NCBI GenBank assembly: GCA_951406725.2
Contig: OX597821.1
Location: 98,642,001 to 98,706,000, forward strand
Origin: Octopus vulgaris
Lineage: Eukaryota
Length of the DNA stretch: 64,000 nt
Reading direction: 5' to 3'
This document shows positions 38,830 to 51,688 of this stretch, piece by piece (position 1 is the stretch's first letter; each line of letters begins with the position of its first letter). The notes below the pieces were generated by a model. The model worked only from the letters and a program-made list of their open reading frames with translations. It made no database searches and was not told where the DNA came from. Both the position numbers and the translations under genes were made by a program.

Positions 38830-39474
38830 GATTCTTAGAGTAGCAGAAAAGGAATTTTAACTCCTATTTCTAAATTCGGTATGTGGTGAAGCAATTAACT
38901 AAACTCTAATTATAATTATGTGAATAATTTTACCTATAAAGGTTATTTTAACGTACCAATCTACTTGGTAAAATTATTAATTAATTGATTAATTAATTAA
39001 TTTGATTAATAAATTTTACCCTTCTATTATTAATTTAGAATTATAATTTACTCCATGGTAGAATACTGCAGTTTTCTGCAGTATTGCTCATAGCATACAT
39101 GTGGGTAAAGAGTTTGAATAGTGTATTCACATTCGGGTCTGTAAATTTTGGAAGTGTTGGTTGGATATCTGTTGCATGATGACACTCAATTGTGTGCATA
39201 TTCAGCCCTAGCACTTTCAAATTTTATTTAAAAAACTGGAAATATTATACTGAAGAGAGAAGTAAGTAAAATTTAAATCGCTTTAATCTCGAAACGCATA
39301 TATAATTAATCCTGGTCATGTTGATTCATTGTTTTTCTCTTTGCCTTCATAAAAAAGTATCTTTACTGTCATAGAGGTTCTTATAGTAGCAGAAAAGGAA
39401 TTTTAACTCCTATTTCTAAATTTGGTATGTGGTGAAGCAGTTAGCTGAACCCTAATTATATTTATGTGTATATA

Positions 39475-39526
<52 letters not shown>

Positions 39527-41075
39527 AAATCAATCAATGTGAGTCCATAATTCATGATGAATCCCTGAAGAGGATGAAAGCACTCTTTCTCCAAATTTTG
39601 ACTTTTTGTTAAAATGTAAAATTTTACCCCACTATAAACAATCCATATACAGGGTGTGATAGGTAAATTTATAGTTGACCTCACTACCTCCATCCAGTAC
39701 ATTACCTTTATTTTTGTTATCAATTTCATGTGTGATAAGATAACTTGATGTTCCAACTTATTCTTGTTACTATATTTATTCAATTGATGCCTATTAGAAC
39801 AAGGTTTAAATAAAGAAGTAGTAACCCAGTTGTAGGTATCTACATTATTATTGGTAGTAAGGAACAAATTTTTCAATATACTATGGCTAATAGCAACAAT
39901 ATTGTCTAAGTTAGTGGAATAGGAAAGGTTGATGGTATGTTTATTGAAAATATTCCTATATTAACAAGAATGGGTGAAATTATATTCTAAAGCTCTGAAA
40001 AATATTTTTGGTTTTTGAGAAATTAAATTTGCTGCATAAGGAAGATCATACCACAATATCTTTCATATATAGTTTATTATTACCATTTTTAGGTTGGGTA
40101 TTCAAAGTGCTGTTGATGTTAGTGTTGGTATAGTTATGGTATTTGTCAGGATGTTTCTCCACTCAATCCAATTGGGAATTCTCATGAGATGATTTCTTAT
40201 TAGAAGGTTTATTCATATTAGAGGTATGTAGGCTATGTAAATCCTTACTTTTTACAACATTCTTAGAATTATTAGACTTCATCATCATCATCGTTTAATG
40301 TCCGCCTTTCATGCTGGTATGGATTGGATGGTTTGACAGGAGCCTGCACCAGATTTCTGTGTCTGTTTTGGCATGGTTTTTGCTGCTGGATGCCCTTCCT
40401 AACATCAATGATCCAGTAGAGTGGACAGTGCTTTTTATGTAGCATAAGCACAGGCAAGGTCAGTTATGGCAAGGTTTTTACAGCTGGATAATCTTCCAAA
40501 TGCCAACCACTTTACAGTGTGGACTGGATGCTTTTTATGTGGCATCAGCACTGGCAGGCTCACCAAGTAACTTGCAAGACAAAAATCCTTTGAGAGGGGA
40601 GGGGCCATTGATTTTTAGTTGTATGTTTATAGTAGTGTAGTCGTTAGCTTAATTCTTTATTTTGTTTCTGGTTTCATACATTTAATTGTAATCATGTACA
40701 TTGGTTTTAGTAAGTTATCATTGTCAAGATATATCTTATTTTTTCTTTATATATTCAGGTTTACTTAGTACCTTGACATAGTAAATTGCACACTCTAAAA
40801 ATTTCCATACAAGCCAACAATTTAGATATTCTAGTTAAAATACCTTTAATAATAAAACTAATTATAGTTTTAGGGTGATTGGAAAGTGTATTGATGTAAT
40901 TCTTGTTTGTGAAATAGATATAAAAGACTAATATTCAATTCTAATGTGTCAACTAGTGTAAGATTGTTCCCTATTGAAAACAAAAGACCAAAATTCTTAA
41001 AAATTTTTCTTAATTTCTTTCTAATTCCTTCTATTTCTAAGTTACTACTGTTGCTAAGTCTGTCCTGAAATCTGA
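38830..41075 (-). mobile_element. Decayed Penelope-like element (RT thumb and C-terminal remnants, duplicated terminal segment), interrupted by an RTE 3' fragment at about 40277-40590
   Basis: ORF piece EIEGIRKKLRKIFKNFGLLFSIGNNLTLVDTLELN resembles the PLE RT region after YRDD; 38833-38915 is duplicated at 39380-39460. Confidence 0.6.
39244..39306 (+). ncRNA. Type I hammerhead ribozyme motif, canonical core
   Basis: ATTATA-CTGAAGA-GAGA[26-nt loop]TCTC-GAAA-CGCA-TA-TATAAT: 6-bp stem I and 4-bp stem II. Confidence 0.7.
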
Positions 41076-41092
41076 ACCTATTTTCTTTATAG

Positions 41093-41143
41093 CATTCAGA
41101 AAGAATTGGCTGAGATAACTCTGGATCCACCACCCAACTGCAG
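41093..41143 (+). CDS. UBE2E: UBE2E 51-bp coding exon (R-IQKELAEITLDPPPNC-S), not shown in the ORF track
   Basis: ttttctttatag|C ATT CAG AAA GAA TTG GCT GAG ATA ACT CTG GAT CCA CCA CCC AAC TGC AG|gtaaac; phases match both neighbouring exons. Confidence 0.97.
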
Positions 41144-41726
41144 GTAAACTGGAAGCTGTTAAATTTTTTCTTAATTTAAAAAAACTTTGATTCAATAAGA
41201 AAAATCCAAAATTAGAACCTGTGTTTTATGAAATAGTATCTGACAGTAAACATCATCCATATTATGTCCATCAGCATGTGATGTTTACTTATAATTGTGA
41301 TATATTATACATGTGCCCCAGCATGGCCACAGCTCATGAGCTGAAACTAGAATCAATCAATCAATCATACATATGCATGTGTTTGTGTGTGTGTATATGC
41401 TCAGACATGACTGTGCAGTGAGAAGTCCCCCCCCCCCCCAATCACATATTTTCAGGTTCAGTCCCACTGTGTGGTACCTTGGACAAGCATCTTCTATTAT
41501 AGCCTTAGGTTGACTAAAACCTTGTGAGTGGATTCGGTAGACAGAAAGTGAAAGAAGCCTGGCATATTTATATATATATATGTATATTTTCTCCTAAAAT
41601 ATATAAAGGTTTTTCAACTCATCTCTGCTTTGTTAGAAGCTTTCCTTTTCATTTATTATCCTACTTCCATACACACACATGTATATATGTATACATAATG
41701 TGTATATATATATATATATATATATA

Positions 41727-41925
41727 AAGTTAATCCAAACATGAAAACACAAAGAGAAAACACAACAACGCGAGGACGTGGAACAAATATAGTATTATTG
41801 GACGCTCAGGAAGGAAGGGAAGAAGGAGGGTTTAACATTTCGAGCGGAGCTCTTCGTCAGAAACATAGAAGGGAAGACAGAGGGAAAAAAATCGCCAACG
41901 GTACACACGCGGTCACATTTTGAAT
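41727..41925 (-). mobile_element. Penelope-type terminal remnant with minimal hammerhead (41830-41864)
   Basis: Minus strand GTTT-CTGACGA-A-GAGC TCC GCTC-GAAA-TG-TT-AAAC. Confidence 0.6.
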
Positions 41926-42995
41926 ATATATATATTTATCTACCTATTTATCTTGAATAGCTAAAAGTGTCAAAAAAGTGAGAGATGAGAGGATGTCAAG
42001 CTGTTAGGGTCACAGCAATAGTAGAATGATAGAGGGTGACAGGGAAGTAGGTAATAAAAGGATATCTATGCATGGATATACATTTTATGTCCATCCATCT
42101 ACCTGTCTTTTCTTCCTTCCCCTCTTCCTCCCTACCTTATAGGTGTAGCTGTGTGGTAAGGAATTTGCTTCCAACCAAAGGATTCTGGGTTCAGTTGCTC
42201 TGTGTGGCACTAAGTATCTTCTACTATAGCCTTGCACTGACCAGAGCCTTGTAAGTAGATTTGGTACATGGAAACTGAAAGGAATCTGTTGTGTATACAG
42301 GGAAACACGCATTTACACATGTTTTGTTGATGTCAAAAATTTTGAAAGTTTGAAGTAATTCCTTTTAAGGAACAGTGGATCTTGAAGCAAATAGGCTGTA
42401 AATAACATCATATAATTTCTAAACTTTTTCTTTCCAAATGGTTTTTAATCCAGTATTTACAAGCTGTTATTTATAGTTTTATTTGCTTTGGGATTCACCA
42501 TGCCTAAAAAAAGAATGTGTGTGTGTGTGTGTGTGTGTGTGTTGCTGTTCGCTTGCCCTGGCTTCACATGATAGTTTTAAATGAGTGTCAGTGTCATACA
42601 AGTGGTGGACTTCATTTCCAATCTTCTATGAAAACACTTCTGGTCATGGAGAAATATTACTTTCTTTGGAAACAGGCAAGGGTTGATGATAGGAGGGGGG
42701 CATCTAGCTGTAAGAAATCCACCTCAACAAATTGCATCTGATCCATACAAGCATAGAAAAGTGGATGTTAAAACAATGATGATGATGATGATGATGATGA
42801 TGGTGGTAGTGTGTGTGTGTGTGTGTATAAATATATATACCATAGAAACCATGCCAAAGCAGACAGCAGAGCCTGGAGCAGCTCGCTCACTTGCCAGCTC
42901 TTGTCAAACCATCCAACCCATGCTAGCATAGAAGATGAATGTTAAATGATACTGATGGTGATAGATATTTACACACATACATACACACACACACA

Positions 42996-43040
<45 letters not shown>

Positions 43041-43356
43041 ACATACACACACACACATATTGTGTGTGTGTGTCTGTTAGAATAATTGTATATAGGAAAA
43101 TCTAACATCATTAAAAACTCCAGCATAACTAGAATTTGAATATATATATTCATGATTGACTAGTACTTACAAGTGAATAATGTCATGTCATCATAGTATC
43201 AGTATAAAAAATGGTTACTGTTGAAGTTTTTGTAGTGTTTAGCTTCTAAATTTGAAGACTTTTGCAACCAGTGAATGGTGTAATTACGCAACATTTTAGG
43301 CTTAGCATTATCATATAAATAGGAAAGATTATTGTGGTGTGTATATATATATGTAT

Positions 43357-45625
43357 CATCATTTAACATCCGTTTTCCATGCTAGCATGGGTCAGACGGT
43401 TTTGACTGAGGGCTGGCAACCAGATGGTTGCACCAGGCTCCAGTCTTGATCTGGCAGAGTTTCTACAGCTGGATGCCCTTCCTAACGCCAACCACTCTGA
43501 GAGTGTAGTGAGTGCTTTTTACGTTCCACCTGCACGGGGGCCAGTCAGGCGGTACTGGCAATGACCTCGCTCGAATCTTTTTACACATGCCCACTGGCAC
43601 AGGTGCCAGTGAAGCGGCGTTGGTAATGATCACACTCGAATGGTGCCCTTTTACGTGCCACGGGTACAGAAGCCAGTTGGCTGCTCTGGCAACGATCATA
43701 CTCGGATGGTGTTCTTGGCACCCTACTAGCACAGGCATAAGTGCCAGTAAGGCGACGCTGGTAACGATCATACTCGAAAAGCCGCTCTGTCAACGATCAC
43801 ACTCGTATGGTGCTCTTTGCACCCCACTAGCACGGATGCCAGTCATCGAAGTGATTTTGATTTTGATTTGATTTGATTCACTTGCCTCAACAGGTCTTTG
43901 CAAGCAAAGTTTAGTGACCAAAGAAGGCAAAGCTATTCATAAGCGGGCTGGTTATGCTCCTGCCATAGGCCACGAGTTATGGTTTCATCTGGCTTGCCGG
44001 GTCTTCTCGAGCACAGTATATTTCCAAAGGTCTCGGTCGCTAGTCATTTCCTTGGTGAGGCCTACTGTTCGATGGTCATACTTCACCACTTCATCCCAGG
44101 TCTTCCTGGGTCTGCCTCTTCCACAGGTTCCCTCAACGACTAGGGTGTGGCACTTTTTCACACAACTATCCTCATCCATTCTCACCACATGACCATACCA
44201 GCGCAGTTGTCTCTCTTGCACACCACATCTAATGCTTCTTAGGTCCAACTTTTCTCTCAAGGTACTTGCACTCTGTTGAGTATGCACACTGACATTACAC
44301 ATCCATCAGATCATACTGGCTTCATTCCTTGCGAGCTTACGCATGTCCTCAGCACTCATGGCCCATGTTTCACTGCCATGTAGCATGGCTGTTCGTACAC
44401 ATGTATCATACAGTTTACCTTTTACTCTGAACGAGAGGCCCTTTGTCACCAGCAGAGGTAAGAGCTCTCTGAACTTTGCCCAAGCTATTCTTATCCTAGC
44501 AGCTACACTTTCAGTGCACCCTCCTCCACTACTGATTTGGTCACCTAGATAACGGAAGCTATCAACTACTTCTAGTTTTTCTCCCTGGAATGTGACGGAA
44601 GTTGTTCTCTGCACATTTCCAGTGTTTATCACTCCCGAGCATCTGCCACATATAAAAACTATCTTCCCAGTTAGCCTTCCTTTGATATTACTGCACCTCT
44701 TATGTGTCCATAGCTTACACTGGGTACATCTTATAGAGTTTCTATCTACACCTTTTCTACAGATCGAGCAGGGCCATCTACCTGAAGGGATTTTTGGTTT
44801 GCCTGCCTTCCTACTTATTAGGACTTTGGTTTTAGCTAGGTTGATTCTAAGGCCCTTCGATTCTAATCCTTGCTTCCACACTTGAAACTTTTCCTCTAGT
44901 TCTGATAGCAACTCAGCGATTAGTGCAAGGTCATCAGCATAGAGGAGCTCCCAGGGGCATCCTGTCTGGAATTCCTCTGTTATTGCCTGGAGGACTATGA
45001 TACATAGGAGGGGGCTGAGGACTGAACCCTGGTGGACCCCAACCTCTACCTTGAATTCTTCAGTGTACTCGTTGCCAACTCTTACCTTACTAGCAGCGTC
45101 CTTGTACATGGCTTGCACAGCTCTCACTAACCATTCATCTATCCCTAGATTCCTCATTCACCACCAGATAAGGAATCGGGGGACTCTGTCAAAAGCTTTT
45201 CCATGTCAACGAAAGCCAGGTACAGGGGCTTATCTTTGGCCAGATATTTCTCCTGCAGCTGTCATACCAGAAATATGGCATCAGTGGTGCTTTTCCCTGG
45301 CACGAAACCAAACTGCATCTCATCCAAGTTGACTCTCCCTAATAATTTGGGCTATGACCCTCTCCGTAACCTTCATTACCTGATCCAACAGCTTGATACC
45401 TCCGTAATTATTTGTATCTAGGGCGTCACCTTTACCTTTGTAGCAGTTAACTATTATGCTGCTACCTCAGTCATTGGGTATGACTCCTTTGTGTATCACC
45501 TGGTTAACTGTACGGGTGACTAGGCTATAGCCGACACTACCAGATATTTTGAGCATCTCTGCATTAATTCCTGATGGGCCTGGGACTTTCCCTGTCTTCA
45601 TGCTTCTAATTGCCTTGACTACCTG
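43357..45625 (-). mobile_element. RTE-clade LINE, 5'-truncated (283-aa ORF piece 44306-45157)
   Basis: GVHQGSVLSPLL, YADD, GLRINLAKTK, Cys/His finger, FRYLGD. Confidence 0.92.
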
Positions 45626-46009
45626 ACTATATATATATGTTAAAACATATATATATATATATACACATAGACTTGATTTCATATTAAAATATTGGAATAA
45701 ACAAGTTCAAATTGTGATTCAGAGCAAAAAAGAACTGGAAAATTCAAAATAGTTGAAAATATATAACTAAAGAAAGTATGATAGTAGATACTTTTTAAAT
45801 CAAAAACTATATTCAAAGACTTTACAGTTTTTTTTTTCAGAGACAGATAAGTGCTGAACTCCTCAAAATATTTTAACAAGATAATTCCAAATTTGGATGA
45901 GTAAATAACTATGTTAGCAATTCTATCTTAAATAATTTATACTTTTTACATGTCATGATTGAATTTCTAATGATTAAGGTGAGAAATTACTGTTAGAGAA
46001 TTATGATGA

Positions 46010-46210
<201 letters not shown>

Positions 46211-46369
46211 TGAATATAATTCATCTTAATATCAGGAAATCTGATGAACATTTTATCCAATGAGACGATGATAACAACAGCAACATATATGAAATTGAAC
46301 AAAATATACCACCTTATAGCTTATGTTTTTTTTCTCCTTCAAAAATGGACCGTCAACATCAGTTGCATA

Positions 46370-46409
<40 letters not shown>

Positions 46410-46412
<3 letters not shown>

Positions 46413-46926
46413 GACGAGGTGGTGAAGCACGACCTTCGAACATTAGGGCTCACCGAGGAAATGACTAGTGACCGAGACCTTTGGAAGTATGCTGTGCGTG
46501 AGAAGACCTGGCAGGACAAGTGAGACCATAACCCGTGGCCTCTACCTGGGATGTAGCCAGTCCACTTATGCATACCTTTCCTTCTTGGGACACAAAACTC
46601 TACTTGTGAAAACCTGTTGAGGCAAGTGAGAATCAAAATCGAAATTGATCAACATCAATGGAAATTGTAGTTGTGATACCAGTGCCGGTGGCACGTAAGA
46701 GAGCCATCTGAACATGGCCGTTGCCAGCGCAGCCCCAACTGGCCTCCATGCCGGTGGCACGTAAAAAGCACCCACTACACTCATGGAGTTGTTGGCATTA
46801 GGAAGGGCATCAAGCTGTAGAAACACTGCCAGATCAGACTGGAGCCTGGTGCAGCCTTCTGGCTTCCCAGACTCCAGTTGAACCGTCCAACCCATGCTAG
46901 CATGGAAAGTGGACGTTAAACGATGA

Positions 46927-46930
<4 letters not shown>
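46410..46930 (+). mobile_element. RTE-clade LINE 3' fragment (sense)
   Basis: WDEVVKHDLRTLGL... followed by the 3' UTR and GAT tail. Confidence 0.85.
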
Positions 46931-46961
<31 letters not shown>

Positions 46962-46999
46962 TGTGTGTGTATATATATATATATATATAGATGTATATA

Positions 47000-48368
47000 T
47001 CATCATCATCATCATCGTTTAACGTCCGCTTTCCATGCTTGCATGTGTTAGACGATTTGACTGAGGACTGGCGAACCAGATGGCTGCACCAGGTTCCAAT
47101 CTTGATCTGGCAGAGTTCTACAGTTGGATGCCCTTCCTAACGCCAACCACTCTGAGAGTGTAGTGGGTACTTTTACGTGCCACCTGCACAGGAGCCTGTC
47201 CAGCGGCACTAGCAATGACCTCACTCGAATGTTTTTTCATGTGCCACCAGCACCAAGTGCCAGTAAGGCGACGCAGGTAATGATTACGCTCGAATGGTGC
47301 TTTTTACGTGCCATCGGCATGGCGGCCAGCTTGTTGCTCTGGCAACGATCACACTCGTATGGTACTCTTAGCACTCCACTAGCACGGATGTCCTTCATTG
47401 AATTTGATTTCGATTTCACTTGCCTCAACAGGTCTTCACAAGCAGAGTTTAGTGTCCAATGAAGGAAAAGTATGCATAAGTGGGCTGGTTATACCCGAGG
47501 CATAGGCCACAAGGTTACGGTCTCACTTGAGCTTGCCGAGTCTTCTTGAGCACAGCATATATCTAAAGGTCCCAGTCACCAGTCATTGCCTCGGTGAGGC
47601 CTAATGTTCGAACGTCATGCTTCACCACCTCATCCCAGGTCTTTCTGGGTCTACCTCTTCCACAGGTTCCCTCAACCGCTAGGGTGTGGCACTTTTTCAC
47701 ACAGCTATCCACATCTATTCTTGCCACATGGCCATACCAGCGCAATTGTCTCTCTTGCACACCGCATCAGATGCTTCTTAGGTCCAACATTTCTCTCAAG
47801 GTACTTACACTCTGTCGAGTATGCACACTGACATTTCACATACATCAGAGCATACTGGCTTTATTCCTTGCGAGCTTACCCATGTCCTCAACAGTCACGG
47901 CCCATGTTTCACTGCCATGTAGCATGGCTGTTCGTACACATGCGTCATACAGTCTACCTTTTACTCTGAGCGAGAGGCCCTTTGTTACCAGCAGAGGTAA
48001 GAGCTCTCTGAACTTTGCCCAAGCTATTCTTATCCTAGCAGCTACACTTTCAGTGCACCCTCCTCTGCTCCTGATTTGGTCACCTAGGTAACGGAAGCTA
48101 TCAACTACTTCTAGTTTTTCTCCCTGGAATGTGGCAGAAGTTGTTCTCTGCGCATTTTCAGTGTTTATCGCTCCCGAGCATCTGCCACATACAAAAACTA
48201 TCTTCCCAGTTAGCCTTCCTTTGATATTGCTGCACCTCTTGTGTGTCTATAGCTTACACTGGGTACATCTTAAAGATTTTCTACCTACACCTCCACTACA
48301 GATCGAGCAGGGCCATCTACCTGAAGGGATTTGTAGTTTGCTTGCCTTCCTACTTATTAGGACTTTGA
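47000..48368 (-). mobile_element. RTE-clade LINE 3' fragment
   Basis: Closely matches the 3' part of the 43357-45625 copy. Confidence 0.88.
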
Positions 48369-49391
48369 TTCTAATCCTTGTTTCCACCTTTTCTACCTAT
48401 CACAATGGAGCACCATTGACATTACATAGTGATATGGATTTTCCTGATGGAAAAAATGTTATGAAATGGATAATCTTGATTGTTTGTTATTGTTTTTGTC
48501 ACTAGACACAGTTTTAAGTTTGTCGTACTGTTTATGCCAATTTCGAATATTGGCTTCATTAACATTAAAATGCCTTCTGGCATCTCTATTGCCATGTTCA
48601 AATGCATATTCAACATATTTAATTTCACCTTCACAGTAAACGATTCATAAGTTCTGCCTATACTGACAATAATGGTAATGACAAATTTTAAAGTTTGCTT
48701 GACATTTTATAAGTGTGAAAGGGATTAAAATTTCGATACTCTATATCAAAGAATTGGCAGAAAAGCATTCTGTTTACATAATCAGTTTGATCGGTCACCT
48801 CCCTCTGTCGGTTGAGTAAAGTGTCATCCAAGCTGATGTTTATTGGTAATTAAACTTAATTTGCAACACCTGTGCATATTTATCAGCTTTGTTTTTGTTG
48901 GTAATTCTTATCAACAACTTTTCTTGTGATTGTGATTTGAGAAGACATACAGAAGTATGCTAAAGATCGGAGATAATCCCTTGTGGGCAAGAAATGTAAA
49001 ATAAAGTTTATGATAAACAACACAAACCACTTTGTAATTTAATAGTTTTCAATGTGATACCTGTTAAATAGAAATTATTTTTATTCAATGAAAATTTAAT
49101 AAAATCTAATCATAAGGAAGTGAAATTATGCTAAATATAACTAAATTGAAAAGCTTTTTCCCTTGACTATATCGGCAATTCTGAAAACTTATGGGTGTGA
49201 ATTTTACGTGAGTAGAAGCTTTTTTTTTAACAAATTTTATCCTGAAAATAACCTGTGTAAATTACACCAGTGCACAAATTTCATAGGTTCTTATAAAGTA
49301 TACATGAATACAAATAAATGAAAATAAAAATAAAAGTTACTCCAGAAATTATCCATTTTCATTTACTTTGCAAAATGATTTATTTAATTAA

Positions 49392-49688
<297 letters not shown>

Positions 49689-50185
49689 TGGTGGCTGTAT
49701 GGCTGTGAGCAAACCCTCCAGCCATATTATGAACTCTGAATTGATAAAGACAGATGTCTAATGGTGAGATGTTATCTGTAATGATTGTTAAGCTCACTGC
49801 AAACTCTGTCAGAGCACATGGCTTATCTCTTCAATGAAGAAGACATGAGAAGAGAACTACTGATTGTGATGACTAAAAATATAAAAGAAATCAGGAGAAA
49901 TCCTTCCTCTGTCCATCATTTGTATCTGGTCAATGAACTTGATGCTAAATGTGGTTATCAGTGAAATGTAGATGCATTGCTTGCTTAATTGTCCACTTCC
50001 ACTGGCAATATATGTCTAGCTACAATGACCACAGTTGTAATCAAACTGTCATTACCAGACAGACAAATGAATTTTTCTAGACCAACATCAGTAACATTTG
50101 ATCTGCTGGCAGCTTGACACTATTAAAAAACCAAAAAAAAAACAAAAGCAAAAAACTAAACAAAACAATTTTTTTTTTTTTTATA

Positions 50186-50191
50186 AATAAA
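50186..50191 (+). terminator. Candidate polyadenylation signal for UBE2E
   Basis: AATAAA about 500 bp after the stop codon, followed by T-rich sequence. Confidence 0.45.
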
Positions 50192-50560
50192 GCATTACCA
50201 AAGACATTTTCTGTATCATTTTAGTTCACCCTTTACAAATCTTTTCTAATTTTACTGATATTACAGTGTTATTTTAATTGAATGTTGGGCAATATATTAA
50301 ATTTTTTGTCTTTTGGTTTTCTCTATATAAAAAAGCAGTTTATTTCTCTCTCTATTCATTTCCATGGATCCTTAAGTTTATAAATATAAATATTCAAAAT
50401 GTTAGCTTAATTGGCCTCATGTTATATGAAAGTTTTGGGAGATATACTCCTTTAGGAATGTGGCCAATTATGGAAAAAGTCACGCCTGGAATATAAAGTT
50501 ATGGGTTACATACCATAAATGTTCACATAACAAGAGACTAAGTAAAACTATTATTATAAA

Positions 50561-50957
50561 ATATTGTTATATTTCGGAATAGTCATTTTACCAGTTTAGC
50601 CAATAAAAACACACGCACTATATATTTGGTGTTACTTTGCTTCAGTGTTATTTATTTTTTACATTAATCTTATTCTTATTTTGGCCAGAGTTCTTTCGTC
50701 ACACTCCTGTGACCGCATCAGTGGTCCTTTGTTTTCTTCTTTGTTGGCTGATGGTTAGTAAGGAGAGACACAAATAAGAAAGAAGAAAAAGGACCACTGA
50801 TGCAGTCACAGGAATGTGACGAAAGAACTCTGGCCGAAATAAGATTAAGATTAATGTAAAAAATAAATAACACTGAAGCAAAGTAACACCAAATATATAG
50901 TGCATGTGTTTTTATTGGCTAAACTGGCAAAATGACCATTCCGAAATATAACAATAT
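50561..50957. mobile_element. Palindromic element (about 180-bp arms) with opposing hammerhead-like motifs (50683-50727 -, 50791-50835 +)
   Basis: GGACCA-CTGATGC-A-GTCACA GGAA TGTGAC-GAAA-GAAC-TC-TGGCC and its mirror arm. Confidence 0.6.
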
Positions 50958-51282
50958 CTGTTTCAACACACGACTTCACATAAAAAAATCTTGCACAACA
51001 AATATATAAACGTATTATTATAAAAGTTGTGTAACAAACGTTCATTCAACAACAGATATTTCAGCAATCAAGTTTGAACCGTCTAGTTACTTTACAATTA
51101 TTATTTGGAAGTAATCAGTATAATTTAGCTTGGGGCTACAATATTTCAAATCGAATGCAGTTCATATAATTTTAAATTAATCCTTTAGCATTCAGATTTC
51201 TTTGTCAAGTGTATTGCTTACTTATTCACATTGTTTTGAATTTATCACGCATTATCTTGTAGCTTCAAGATTTCAATGGTAT

Positions 51283-51688
51283 TACTCTTTACTCTTTTAC
51301 TTGTATCAGTCATTTGACTGCGGCCATGCTGGAGCACCGCTTTTAGTTGAGCAACTCGACCCCGGGACTTATTCTTTGTAAGCCCAGTACTTATTCTATC
51401 GGTCTCTTTTGCCGAACCGCTAAGTGACGGGGACGTAAACACACCAGCATCTGTTGTCAAGCAATGCTAGGGGGACAAACACAGACACACAAACATGCAC
51501 ATACATATATATATATATATATACATATATACGACGGGCTTCTTTCAGTTTCCGTCTACCAAATCCACTCATAAGGCATTGGTCGGCCCGGGGCTATAGC
51601 AGAAGACACTTGCCCAAGATGCCACGCAGTGGGACTGAACCCGGAATCATGTGGTTGGTTAGCAAGCTACTTACCACACAGCCACTCC
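51283..51688 (-). mobile_element. SINE family A
   Basis: Reverse complement of 12721-13118. Confidence 0.85.

Noticed and set aside
39563-39590. CTGAAGA-GGAT-GAAA motif
   Set aside because: No stem II or stem I pairing visible; at best a deleted remnant.
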